Source: Dendrobates tinctorius (taxonomy: Eukaryota). From it: 64,000 nt of DNA. The stretch spans positions 434,001-498,000 of the forward strand of contig NW_027361779.1 in NCBI RefSeq assembly GCF_039654945.1, given 5' to 3'. Position 1 is the stretch's first letter; the number at the start of each line of letters is the position of its first letter. The translations under genes and the position numbers were made by a program. Below the pieces are notes generated by a model. That model did not search any database, had not been told where the DNA came from, and was given only the letters and a program-made list of their open reading frames with translations. Below, one piece after another: positions 23,139-34,893 of this stretch.

Positions 23139-25478
23139 ATGAATTTAAAGGTAATTAACCTATCTGATATTTCTTTGTCTGACACACAAATTAATGTATT
23201 AGAAAAGGGCCTGACTTTTTCACCATCAGTTAAGTTTGATTATTTTACTATGGTTAAAGATATAGAGCTTTTCGCAAGAAAGCTGGCCTTTAAGAAATAT
23301 TTTTCTAATAAATCTAAAAATATTTTTCCTACCAATTTAGAGCAACAAGCTTTGGCAGATTTGGAAGCTCTGCTTGCGGAACAAACGGATATGGAAGATG
23401 TACGATTCCCTACACATTTGCATGCCAGGTCACAGCATTTCCCCCCTTCAGGTATTTGTGCCAACATTGATATTTTTACAAAATTGGTGAAGAAAGATTT
23501 GTTGTCAATACCCGAAAATAGAGCATCATTTAACCTGACGTCTGCTGAAAATAGGGCAATTTTTGAACTTAGAAATATGAAAGATGTGGTTATTAAGCCA
23601 GCGGACAAAGGGGGGAATGTTGTGGTCTGGCCATGCACAATGTATGAGCGCGAGACATTTAGGCAACTAAATGAACGACAGTGCTATAAGAAATTAGACT
23701 GCAATCCACTTAAAATATTTAAGGTGGAATTGGATTCCCTCTTATGTAAAGCGCAACAGGAGGGAATTATTACATCAAGAATGTTGGAGGGACTGATTGC
23801 TACATCACCGGTAGTGCCAACGTTTTATTTGACCCCCAAAATTCACAAAAATGTTGAAAACCCACCGGGTCACCCGATCGTCTCGGGTATAGGTGGTCTT
23901 AATGAGAGAGTTTGTAGGTTCGTCGACTTCTACTTACAGCAATGTGTAGAAACTTTGCCTTCATATATTAAAGACACAACAAGTATTCTAACACGACTTA
24001 ATAATGTACAACTTGAATCAGACATGTTCTTAGTAACATGTGATGTCGAATCACTATATACGTCGATATGCCATGACCATGGGATTGCGGCATCGAGGTC
24101 CTTTTTACATATGACTGATTTGGATGTTGATTTGATTAATTTTATTTTGGTATTATTGGAATTTAGTTTAACACATAATTTTTTTACTTTTAAGGACAGA
24201 TTTTTCCTACAGCTCAGGGGCACTGCTATGGGGGCGACTTGTGCGCCCCCGTATGCAAATTTGTTCCTGGGGCTGTGGGAAAGAGAAACTGTCTTTAATA
24301 TGGAGGACTTCGCTGCCGTAATCTCATGGTCTCGCTATATCGACGATATATTGTTTATATGGCAGGGATCAGAAACATCATTAAATTCGTTCATTGACAA
24401 ATTAAACGATAATCAATTGAACATAAAATTGATGTTTAAGTATAGTAAGAAACAAATGGAATTTCTGGACGTTCTGTTGGAAGTCGATGAACATAACTTT
24501 ATTACTACAGATGTGTTCCGTAAAAACACAGCTACAAACTCGCTCCTACATGCCAAATCGACCCACCACCCACAGACGGTTAGGGCGATACCGGTGGGAC
24601 AATTCTTACGTATGAAACGTATCTGTTCTGATGATATTAAGTTTCATAAACAGGCAGAGATTCTTACTTCCAATTTGAAACAAAGGGGATACAACCACAA
24701 AACGATTAGAGCTGGTTATAGACGGGCCCAATCCACATCTAGAAATAAACTTCTGATACAAAAACAAAAACACAAAATAACAATGGAACAACCGGTACGT
24801 TTTATTACGACCTTTAATTCTAGGTGGACGGATATTATGAACATACTAAGAAAGCATTGGTCGATCCTCAGAGCTGATGATGATCTTTGCAAAGTGTTGC
24901 CAGCATATCCAAGTGTTACGTGGAGACGTTCCAAAAATCTTAAGGATCTCCTAACACGGAGTCACTATGTAGCTCCACAGAAATCATTCTTTTCAGAAAG
25001 GATAGGCCCCAAATGGGGATGTTTTCAATGTGGTAGCTGTACAGCATGTAACTTTGTAGAAAGATCGTTCACATTTGAGAATAGTGAAGCTACTGAAACA
25101 TATACAATCACACACCACATCTCATGTACTACGGATATGGTAGTGTATTATGCTTATTGTCCCTGTAAATTTATTTACATTGGGATGACAACTAGGCTTT
25201 TAAAAACTAGGATTCTAGAACATTTGAGAGACATCAAAAATGCAGCAGCGGTGGAAGACCTATTAATTCTCAAGACGATACCGAGACATTTTCGGATGTG
25301 TCATAATAGCAGTCCTAAATATCTTAGAGTGAAGGGTATAGATAGAGTACAGTTGGGTATCCGAGGAGGTGATTATAAGAAGGAGTTGCTAAAAAGAGAA
25401 ACAAAATGGATGGTTGTATTGGATACGTGTGCCCCAAAGGGCCTTAATGAAACATTGAGCTTCAAGTCCTTTCTTTAA
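23139..25478 (+). CDS. Penelope-like reverse transcriptase with C-terminal GIY-YIG endonuclease, intact 779 aa
   Basis: IKPADKGG, PKIHK, TCDVESLYT, GTAMGA, RYIDD, FLDV, CxxCxxC linker, VVY..YCPC..IYIGMTTR...RILEH, E..W.....T..P.GLN. Confidence 0.95.
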   Translation: MNLKVINLSDISLSDTQINVLEKGLTFSPSVKFDYFTMVKDIELFARKLAFKKYFSNKSKNIFPTNLEQQALADLEALLAEQTDMEDVRFPTHLHARSQHFPPSGICANIDIFTKLVKKDLLSIPENRASFNLTSAENRAIFELRNMKDVVIKPADKGGNVVVWPCTMYERETFRQLNERQCYKKLDCNPLKIFKVELDSLLCKAQQEGIITSRMLEGLIATSPVVPTFYLTPKIHKNVENPPGHPIVSGIGGLNERVCRFVDFYLQQCVETLPSYIKDTTSILTRLNNVQLESDMFLVTCDVESLYTSICHDHGIAASRSFLHMTDLDVDLINFILVLLEFSLTHNFFTFKDRFFLQLRGTAMGATCAPPYANLFLGLWERETVFNMEDFAAVISWSRYIDDILFIWQGSETSLNSFIDKLNDNQLNIKLMFKYSKKQMEFLDVLLEVDEHNFITTDVFRKNTATNSLLHAKSTHHPQTVRAIPVGQFLRMKRICSDDIKFHKQAEILTSNLKQRGYNHKTIRAGYRRAQSTSRNKLLIQKQKHKITMEQPVRFITTFNSRWTDIMNILRKHWSILRADDDLCKVLPAYPSVTWRRSKNLKDLLTRSHYVAPQKSFFSERIGPKWGCFQCGSCTACNFVERSFTFENSEATETYTITHHISCTTDMVVYYAYCPCKFIYIGMTTRLLKTRILEHLRDIKNAAAVEDLLILKTIPRHFRMCHNSSPKYLRVKGIDRVQLGIRGGDYKKELLKRETKWMVVLDTCAPKGLNETLSFKSFL

Positions 25479-26346
25479 GTAAGCGCAAATTTTATTTTTT
25501 ATTGTATATATTTGGTTTTTATTTATGTATTCGGCACAATGGGGTCCTGCCCTTATGCTCCTTTATGTGTACTCATTTGCATTTGTTTATCCATTTAGTG
25601 ACCAATATATATATTCTATCGATGGGGGATGCCACTTGATGAGAATGAAAATGTTGATCATCCTGGAAGTTTCGTAATGGGAAGATTTAAGTTCCAACTG
25701 CCATTATGATATATGAGATGATTCATGATGATAATATTAATATATTTGTATGTATCATATGTATGAACGTCTAAGACAATTCAATGGAATATTTATCCAT
25801 CTATGTTATTAATGGACACCATATCTGATGTATTTTGTATAAGATTATGATGTGTGTGTCCATATTTATATATTGTTATTATCCTATTACGATATATTTG
25901 TTGAATGATTATTCATTTACATATATACACATTTCTGTTATAGTGGTTACCCCTGATATATAGATACGCAAAAGTGTATTTTGATTGGTCTTTTTTATTC
26001 ATTAGACTGGCTCACAATCATTGTGTGGCTGTATTATCTATTTAAGATACCCAGTAATGTATTGCTATATCTTTTGGAGATGCTATTGGGAGTCTCTCTG
26101 TGATCACAGGCTTGAGCGCACAGCGCGCATGCTCTGTGGTGCGGTGAGGCGGCTGGCGCTCTTGTGGACAGTGCGTTGCCTGGTTACATGCCCGGTCACA
26201 TGACCGGACCATGTGACGGGGTGACGTGCGTCCTGAGCGCCGCCCTCCTCGCCGCGTCACAACATGGCGCTGATGCGCCGCACACAGCTGTGGGTGTTCA
26301 GAGACACATGAGGGGGCTATTTAATGGGTTTGACCCAACGCTTACA

Positions 26347-26393
26347 TACCTCCTGATGAAACTGCAGAGGCGGTGAAACGCGCGTCGGGGTGC
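26347..26393 (+). ncRNA. Minimal hammerhead ribozyme, right arm
   Basis: TACCTC-CTGATGA-AACTGC-AGAG-GCGGT-GAAAC-GCGC-GTC-GGGGTG; predicted cleavage after GTC (26384-26386). Confidence 0.88.
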
Positions 26394-28437
26394 GTCACGG
26401 GTTCACAACCAGGCAACAGCATGACTACAGGTACTGTATATGGGTTATTTGATCTTTGCCTTATTATTTGGTCATTTTTACATCCTATGGGGGGTGATAA
26501 GATCTTCCTTGATATGGGAGGTCTCTAACATTTGGTGAATGATAATATTTTTCTCACCAGTGTAAATTATGTTATTTCTACATTTTTCCCTGGGATGTAA
26601 TATAAGGATTCATATGCATCTTTGCTGGTTCAGCCTATGGTTGTTACCCTATGCAATTCTATCTGTTTATCACATAGCTTTTTTATTGATCCAGGAGAGG
26701 TATTTACCTCCTTACATGTGCTTTGTTATATACATATTTTATTATGGTGTGAAGCATACGCTAATTCAGATGCTCTTGATTCATGAAGAGGCATATGGTA
26801 AAGTCAAATGCTCTTGATTCATGAAGAGGCATATGGTAAAGTCAGATAATTTTGATTCATGAAGAGGCATACGCTAAAGTCAGACGCTCTTGATTCATGA
26901 AGAGGCAAATGCTAAAGACATCTTGATTCATGAAGAGGCGTATGGTAAAGGCAGATGCTCTTGATTCATGAAGAGGTATACTGTAAAGTCAGATGCTCTT
27001 GATTCATGAAGAGGTACACGCTAAAGTCAGATGCTCTTGACTCATGAAGAGGCATACGCTAAAGTCAGATACTCTTGATTCATGAAGAGGCATATTCTAA
27101 AGAAAGATGCTCTTGATAAATTAAGAGGCATACACTAAAGTCAGATGCTGTTGATTCATGAAGAGGCATATGGTAAAGTCATATGCTCTTGATTCATGAA
27201 GAGGCATATGGTAAAGTCATATGCTCTTGATTCATGAAGAGGCATATGGTAATGTCAGATGCTCTTGATTCATGAAGAGGCATTTGGTCAAGTCAGATGC
27301 TCTTGATTCATGAAGAGGCAAATGGTAAAGTCAGATAATTTTGATTCATGAAGAGGCATACGCTAAAGTCAGATGCTCTTGATTCATGAAGAGGCAAATG
27401 CTAAAGACATCTTGATTCATGAAGAGGCGTATGGTAAAGGCAGATGCTCTTGATTCATGAAGAGGTATACTGTAAAGTCAGATGCTCTTGATTCATGAAG
27501 AGGTACACGCTAAAGTCAGATGCTCTTGACTCATGAAGAGGCATACGCTAAAGTCAGATACTCTTGATTCAAGAAGAGGCATATTCTAAAGAAAGATGCT
27601 CTTGATAAATTAAGAGGCATACACTAAAGTCAGATGCTGTTGATTCATGAAGAGGCATATGGTAAAGTCATATGCTCTTGATTCATGAAGAGGCATATGG
27701 TAAAGTCATATGCTCTTGATTCATGAAGAGGCATATGGTAATGTCAGATGCTCTTGATTCATGAAGAGGCATTTGGTCAAGTCAGATGCTCTTGATTCAT
27801 GAAGAGGCATACGGTAAAGTCAGATGCTCTTGATTCATGAAGAGGCATATCGTAAAGTCAGATGCTCTTGATTCATGAAGAGGCATACGGTAAAGTCAGA
27901 TGCTCTTGATTCATGAAGAGGCATACATGAAAGTTAGAAGCTCTTGATTCATAAAAAGACATATGCTAAAGTCAGATGCTCTTGATTCATGAAGAGGTAC
28001 ATGCTAAAGTCAGATGCTCTTGACTCATGAAGAGGCATACACTAATGTCAGTTGCTGTTGATTCATGCGGTAAAGTCAGATGCTCTTGATTCAGGAAGAG
28101 GCATATGGTTAAGTTAGATGCTCCTGATTCATAAAGAGGCATGTGCTAAAATCAGATGCTCTTGATTCAAGAAGAGGCATACGGTAAAGTCAGATGCTCT
28201 CGATTCATAAATAGGCATATAGTAAAGTCAGATGCTCTTGATTCTTGAAGACGCATGTGGTAAAGTCAGATGCTCTTGATTCATGAAGAAGCATAAGCTA
28301 AAGTCAGATGCTCTTGATTCATGAAGAGGCATATGGTAAAGTCAGATGCTCTTGATTCATGAAGAGGCAAATGCTAAAGACATCTTGATTCATGAAGAGG
28401 CATACGCTAAAGTCAGACGCTCTTGATTCATGAAGAG

Positions 28438-31146
28438 TAGTGTTGAGCATTCCGATACTGCAAATATCGGGTATCAGCCGATATTCGCTGTATCGGAATT
28501 CCGATACTGAGTACCGATATTTTTACAATATCGAATACCGGAATCGGAAGTTCCCATAATGCAATGAGCCAGTGTTGTGGCTGTGATTGGCTGCTGAAAT
28601 GATGTCATCATGATGCGCGGTCTGTGCGCATCATGATGCACGGTCTGTGTGGGCCTGCCGGGGGTCTGTGTGGGCTGCCGGGGGTCTGTACGGGCCTGCC
28701 GGGGGTCTGTGCGGGCTGCCGGGGTCTGTGCGGGCCTGCCGGGGGTCTGTGCGGGCTACCGGGGGTCTGTGCGGGCTGCCGGGGGTCTGTGCAGGCTGTC
28801 GGGGGTCTGTGCGGGCCTGCCGGGGGGACTGTACGGGCCTGACGGGGGGACTGTACGGGCCTGCCGGGGGTCTGTGCGGGCTGCCGGAGGTCTGTACGGG
28901 CCTGCCGGGGGTCTGTGCGGGCTGCCGGGGGTCTGTGCGGGCCTGCCGGGGGTTGTGTGTGTGTGCAGGCATCGTCCGATGGGACTACAAGTCCCATCAG
29001 GCTATGCCTGCTACAATGACAGTGATTGACACATTAGCCAATGATGGGACAGTAGTAGTCCCATCATCCGGCTAATGTGTTGAATGTAAAAAAAACAAAA
29101 AACATACTGCATACTACATACATACTACATACATAGAACATTCATACAACATACATACATACTACATACATACTTAATATATACTACATTCATACAACAT
29201 ACATAAATAATACATACATACTACATATATGCTACATTCATGCAACATACATACATACTACATGCTACATATATACTACATTCATACAACATACATACAT
29301 ACTACATACATACTACATACAGTATATACTACATTCATACAACATACATACATGCATACTACATACATATTACATATATACTACATTCATACAACATACA
29401 TACATACTACATACTACATACATACTAGATATATACTACATTCATACAACATACATACATACATACTACATACTACATATATACTACATTTACACAACAT
29501 ACATACATACTACATACATACTACATATATACTACATTCATATAACATATGTACATACTACATACATACTACATATATACTACATTCATACAACATACAT
29601 ACATACTACATACATACTACATTCATACAACATACATACATGCATACTACATACTTACTACATATATACTACATTCATACAACATACATACTACATACAT
29701 ACTACATATATACTACATTCATACAAGATACATACATACATACTACATACTACATATATACTACATTCATACAACATACATACATACTACATACTACATA
29801 CATACTACATATATACTACATTCATACAACATACATACATACTACATGCTACATACCTACTACATATATACTACATTCATACAACATACATACTACATAC
29901 ATACTACATACAATACATTCATACATTCATACAATACATACATATAGACATACAGTACATAGAACATAGAGTACATACTCACCATCACTTGTCACTTTGA
30001 TCCCCGAAGCCAGTGTCATCTTACTGTTAAAAATATTAAAATAACAAACAACCGATATACTCCCTGATCCACAGAAATCCACGAGTGTCCCACGACGATC
30101 TCCTGCAGTGCATCACTGAGAGGTTACTATAGTTCACTGGTCTCGCTTTATGGCAAAAGCTGCGTGGGAACTTTCACACACAACAATGCCAAAAGTGAGA
30201 CTAGGGACTATTTTTTTACAGTGGTGGAGGAATACAGTGCGGAAGGATACCTACCTCCCGTCATTGTATTCTTGGGGCCCCTAGAGAGTGGTGGCATCAG
30301 CTGATGCTGCTGTTCTCCACGGGAGATCGTCGTGGGACACTTGTGGATTTCTGCGGATCAGGGAGAATATTGGTTGTTTGTTATTTTAATATTTTTTACA
30401 GATGACACTGGCTTCGGGGATCAAAGTGACAAGTGATGGTGAGTATGCACTCTGGGATATATATGTACTGTATGTCTATATGTATGTATTGTATGAATGT
30501 ATTGTATGTAGTATGTATGTAGTATGTATGTTGTATGTCTGTAGCATGTTTTATGTATGTTGTATGTATGTAGTATGTACTATGTATGTATGTATGTATG
30601 TTGTATGAATGTAGTATATATGTAGTATGTATGTATGTTGTATGTATGTATGTTGTATGAATGTAGTATGTATGTAGTATGTATGTAGTATGTATGTTTT
30701 TTTTTAACATTCAACACATTAGCCGGATGATGGGACTACTACTGTCCCATCATTGGTTAATGTGACAATCACTGTCATTGCAGCAGGCATAGCCCGATGG
30801 GACTTGTAGTCCCATCGCACGATGCCTGCACACACACAACCCCCGGCAGGCCCGCACAGACCCGCAGCAGCCCGCACAGACCCCCGGCAGCCCGCACAGA
30901 TCCCCGGCAGCCCGCACAGACCCCCGGCAGGCCCGCACAGACCCCCGGCAGGCCCGCACAGACCCCCGGCAGACCGCACAGACCCCCGGCAGACCGCACA
31001 GACCCCCGGCAGGTCCGCACAGACCCCAGGCAGACCGCACAGACCCCCGGCAGACCACACAGACCCCCGGCAGGTCCACACAGACCCCCGGCAGGCCCGC
31101 TCAGACCCCCAGCAGGCCCGCACAGACCCCCGGCAGACGGCACAGA
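28438..31146. mobile_element. Non-autonomous hAT element with mirrored minisatellite and microsatellite arms; right TIR lost
   Basis: Starts TAGTGTTGAGC; 18/19-bp GC minisatellite (28640-28950) and TACA/TAC microsatellite mirrored at 30460-31146; same family as 54120-59697. Confidence 0.85.
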
Positions 31147-32150
31147 GAAGAGGCATACGCTAAAGTAAGATGCTCTTGATTCATGAAGCGGCATACGCTA
31201 AAGTCAGATGCTGTTGATTCATGAAGAGGCATATGGTAAAGTCAGATGCTCTTGATTCATGAAGATGCCTACGCTAAAGTCAGATGCTCTTGATTCATGA
31301 ACATGCATATGGTAAAGTCAGATTCTCTTGATTCATGAAGAGGCATACGCTAAAGACAGATGCTCTTGATTCATGAAGAGGTATACGCTAAAGACAGATG
31401 CTCTTGATTCCTGAAGAGGCATAGGCTAAAGACAGATACTCTTGATTCATTAAGAGGAATAGGCTAAAGACAGATGTTCTTGATTCATGAAGAGGCATAC
31501 TGCTGGAGTAACATTTCTGTAGCAGCAAACGCCACTACTTGAAATAAATTTGATGAGCAGCGGTCGCCATGCCCCTGTCTCTTCCACAGCTAAGGACGCT
31601 TTGTAGGAGTTGGGCAAAAATGGCATGAGAATGGCGAAAGTTGCATAATTTTAGCACAGCCGCCATTTGCAACAAAATTTTGTCACTTTTCAAAGCAGAA
31701 CATTGGCATAAAAACTTTGATGAATCAGACCCTTAGAGTTATAAAAGCAGCTACATGAGTAACTCCCTTACACTTTGAAGGAGAGGGCTTTATACAGGTG
31801 TGAGCACCTCTCTAACAGTTTTTGGCAGGATAGGATCATTGAACCGCTATCATGGGATGCCCAGTTTCTTGAACGTTTAGGGATCAAAGGGTGAGCAGTA
31901 TATTCACTATCCTGAGGGCCCTTTGCAGTCCAATAGCTCATCATATTGAACAACTCCATCTGCTTTGGAGGGAGAGGTGGACCCCATAACCTCTTGGGCC
32001 TCGGTGCTGTTGCAAAAGTTGCAACTATATGTCTGCCCTGAACTGCCCATAATATGGTGTTTTAAAATCAGTTTCTAAACCAGATAACCCCTGTAATGAT
32101 TTATATTTCATATACAGGTTTTGTAAAATATGTTTCAGAACAAGCACTAA

Positions 32151-32580
32151 TTCTATGTTCACACACAGCGTTTATGCAGCTTTTTTAATGCGACTTAAAA
32201 GCTGCTTTTTACAGCACCTGCAAAAGCCGTGAATCTCATGCACACACATGTTTTTAGCTGACTGATTTTGAGAACTGCAATGTTTTTTAAATTGGCAGCT
32301 TGACAATTCTCTCGGTGTTTTTGCAGTGCTTTTTTCACCCATAAAAAGCAATCAGAAAGCGAAAAAACACAGTCGTTTTTGATGACGCTATTGTGGCATT
32401 TTTAGCGAATAAAACTAACTTTATTAAACACGTAGAGAGAGAACAAATGTAATCTGCAGTCAAAAAAACGCTGCACGTAAACGTGTCAAAAGCGCAGCGA
32501 AAACACAAACAAATTGGACGTTTACTGCCAAAAGAGCAGGTTTTGGCTGCAGAAAAAAAATTCTGCATGTGAACATAGCC
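32151..32580. mobile_element. Harbinger-type MITE
   Basis: CTATGTTCACA / TGTGAACATAGCC termini with TAA on both sides. Confidence 0.65.
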
Positions 32581-34393
32581 TAAGAGTCTACCCATTGCCT
32601 TCGGTCTGTTTGCAGGATGCACTTCATTAAAAGAGCTCAATAGAAATACAATATTTATTTTTGTAATGTCACATTACAATACAGGGATCAGACGAAGATA
32701 ATACTGCACCATATGTACTGCTGCTAGGCTGAAGTGTCCCTAGATATTCCATTAGGATGCTGGCAACTGTGCGTACAATATGTCTCCATAAAAACCCATT
32801 GAAGTGGGCAGCATTGTACACCATGCATGCCAGTGACATCCACAGAAGTTGTTATACCAACGATGATACGAACTCTATCTCTTCTATCCAAATAATAACG
32901 CGGAGTCTGTGCAGTTATTAAATATGAAAGCACCAAACCACTTGTGAATATTTTATATATTAATTGACTGAGGCTGTAAAAATACACATAAAACACTTCA
33001 TTTTGTGAACTGTAACTGAACTTGATTTTTACAATTTATTGTGAAGAGTAAATGTGTTTTAATAAACAGCAAGCTACAGGGTGATTTGTTCTTTCTTTAT
33101 CTACTGTAGGCTTCATTTAATTAAGAAAAAATAGGTTAAATTATGAAAAAGGATGTATCATTCTCCAGTATTTGCGAACCACTGCGGGGTAGCTAATTAT
33201 GATAAATAATATATTTTCTGTTACTGGCTTAATATGCCATTTGGTATATATGTGGCAGATGAACACACCACTTAAAAAGACATGTAACAGCTTGTGTATT
33301 AGTTTAGCTAGTGTTTATAGATTTTTTATTAGATTTCTTTACAGAGATACAGTGGAATCCGCTCCCACGGGAGAGTTGCTGCATTTTTTTTCCCTATTAT
33401 GTGGTTCTATTATCTTTAACTTAGCAAAGCAACGTTAACTAGACAAGTCATCTGTATTTCCTGCAAGGACATATGGGTTCGGAACCCACCCTATTAACCA
33501 AATGAGAGAGCGTCTCTCCTCCTAAGAGATTTAGACTGTCCTAAATATGTTGACTTTTTGTAAAAAGTAATCTGTATGTACAATACCGCTGAATAATACA
33601 TCTATACAGTGGTATGACGGTGGTGGTGGTCTCTTTTGTGCCATAGAACAAAGTAGCCATGGTGGTAGAGTAGCTTGACATTCAGAAATATCAGAAGAAA
33701 TGAACACGCACAAAGGAGGTAGTTAAGAAACAAATTTATTTACGAAGGCGCAACAAGCCTGATGGCTAGAACAATCACACAGGAGGCAATGGCTTAGCTT
33801 TAACAAAGTAACTGATCGAAAGGGATATAAAATTCCAAAAACATAACAGGAAAGACAGTATTATTTTCCATCACCAAGACACAATATTAAATGCACAGCA
33901 GGATGCAGCAGACCCCTATGATAAAGGCATAGGCAACATAGGTGCAAAATACTGATGAACAACATCACACACCTACAAACTATGGAGGACGTGGTTGTCT
34001 AATATTATAAATGCACACAGATACGACTTGTATAAGGTCACACAGATGTAGCTCACAGTGTCTGGCTTACAGCGTATTAATGATGCCATACTATTAGATC
34101 AGGCAGGCTGCCCCGCACTAGATAAGTGCACCCCACAAGGACAAGGCACCCCAATTCCATAACCCGCACTACAGGGCCTTGGTGCATCCTACAAAAGATG
34201 AAGCATGAGCAACAGAAAAAAGTGAAAAAGGTTTATATAATGCATGAGAAATTCATCCATATTTTGGCCAAAATATACAAGATTGCAGCTCATGTCAAGG
34301 GTCCCCATGGTCTTGCAAGTCCTTACTCTAAAATTCAAAGCATCAAGGGTGATGTGCATTGCGATAGGGGGTATGTCAAAATCAACCAATACT

Positions 34394-34890
34394 TGTCAAA
34401 GAAATGGTTAATCTTAGTTCTCTAAAGTCTAGAAAAATATCAGAAAAACAAGTTTGTAACCCATGACACCATTTTAATTGTTATCATCTGTCTACGTGGT
34501 TGAATACTTTTGCCAATGGTCAGCTCCAAATTCCCCTCTTCTATATTTGAATGATGTCTAAATATGTCGAGGCCAAATATCTTCTTGGCCAAATGCACTA
34601 ACAGGATATAGCTGGCATATCGTTATATAACTTATCTTTCTTGACAATCATTGTGTAAACTCTTCTTCATTTTGCCAATTGTTATACAATGTTATGGAAT
34701 TGACCATATTTGTTCATTTCCTCTTCTGATGGGCTATAAAAGATCCAGCCTGACCCCCCTAATAAAGGAGATTTACTTGATAGACGACAAGAACCTGTGT
34801 CTCTCATTTTATTTCTCCCAATCCTAGGTACCTAGGCAAAAACTCCACCTGAGCTATACCCGAGGAGACATAGAAATCCCTTCTCCGACA
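34394..34890 (+). repeat. ERV 5' LTR
   Basis: Direct repeat of 46261-46756; TATAAAA near 34735 and AATAAA near 34761. Confidence 0.95.
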
Positions 34891-34893
34891 ACT

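Larger units (their letters stand above)
18770..26750. mobile_element. Penelope-like retroelement inserted as an ~8-kb fold-back: inverted arms ~18911-22720 and ~23011-26752
   Basis: Near-identical inverted arms, each with RT/GIY-YIG coding sequence and a hammerhead; direct repeat GAAGCATACGCTAA at 18756-18769 and 26751-26764. Confidence 0.93.
17690..31500. repeat. 38-bp tandem satellite (GTCAGATGCTCTTGATTCATGAAGAGGCATAYGSTAAA) in four blocks: 17690-17769, 18574-18769, 26751-28437, 31147-31500
   Basis: Period read directly, e.g. units at 27781 and 27819; blocks are separated by insertions. Confidence 0.95.
17635..31732. mobile_element. Harbinger-type MITE hosting the 38-bp satellite and three nested elements
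   Basis: TIR AGGCCTGATTCATCAA (17635-17650) / TTGATGAATCAGACCC (31717-31732) bracket the whole satellite array; TSD not clearly resolved. Confidence 0.7.

Noticed and set aside
18770-26750. Possibility that the giant palindrome is an amplification or assembly chimera
   Set aside because: The arms differ at many scattered positions and by indels, and a TSD brackets the unit; an artefactual fold-back would give identical arms.
26751-28437. Regular hairpin-forming 38-bp repeats resembling a CRISPR array
   Set aside because: Units are head-to-tail with no unique spacers, there are no cas genes and the context is eukaryotic; it is a satellite.
28608-31194. Many overlapping ORFs (PAGPHRP, HTYYIHT types), also at 54269-54818 and 56445-59705
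   Set aside because: Translations of minisatellites and microsatellites inside hAT MITEs.
32724-32996. 90-aa minus-strand ORF with an acceptor-like TTTTACAG in apparently unique sequence
   Set aside because: No recognisable domain; the length is compatible with chance.
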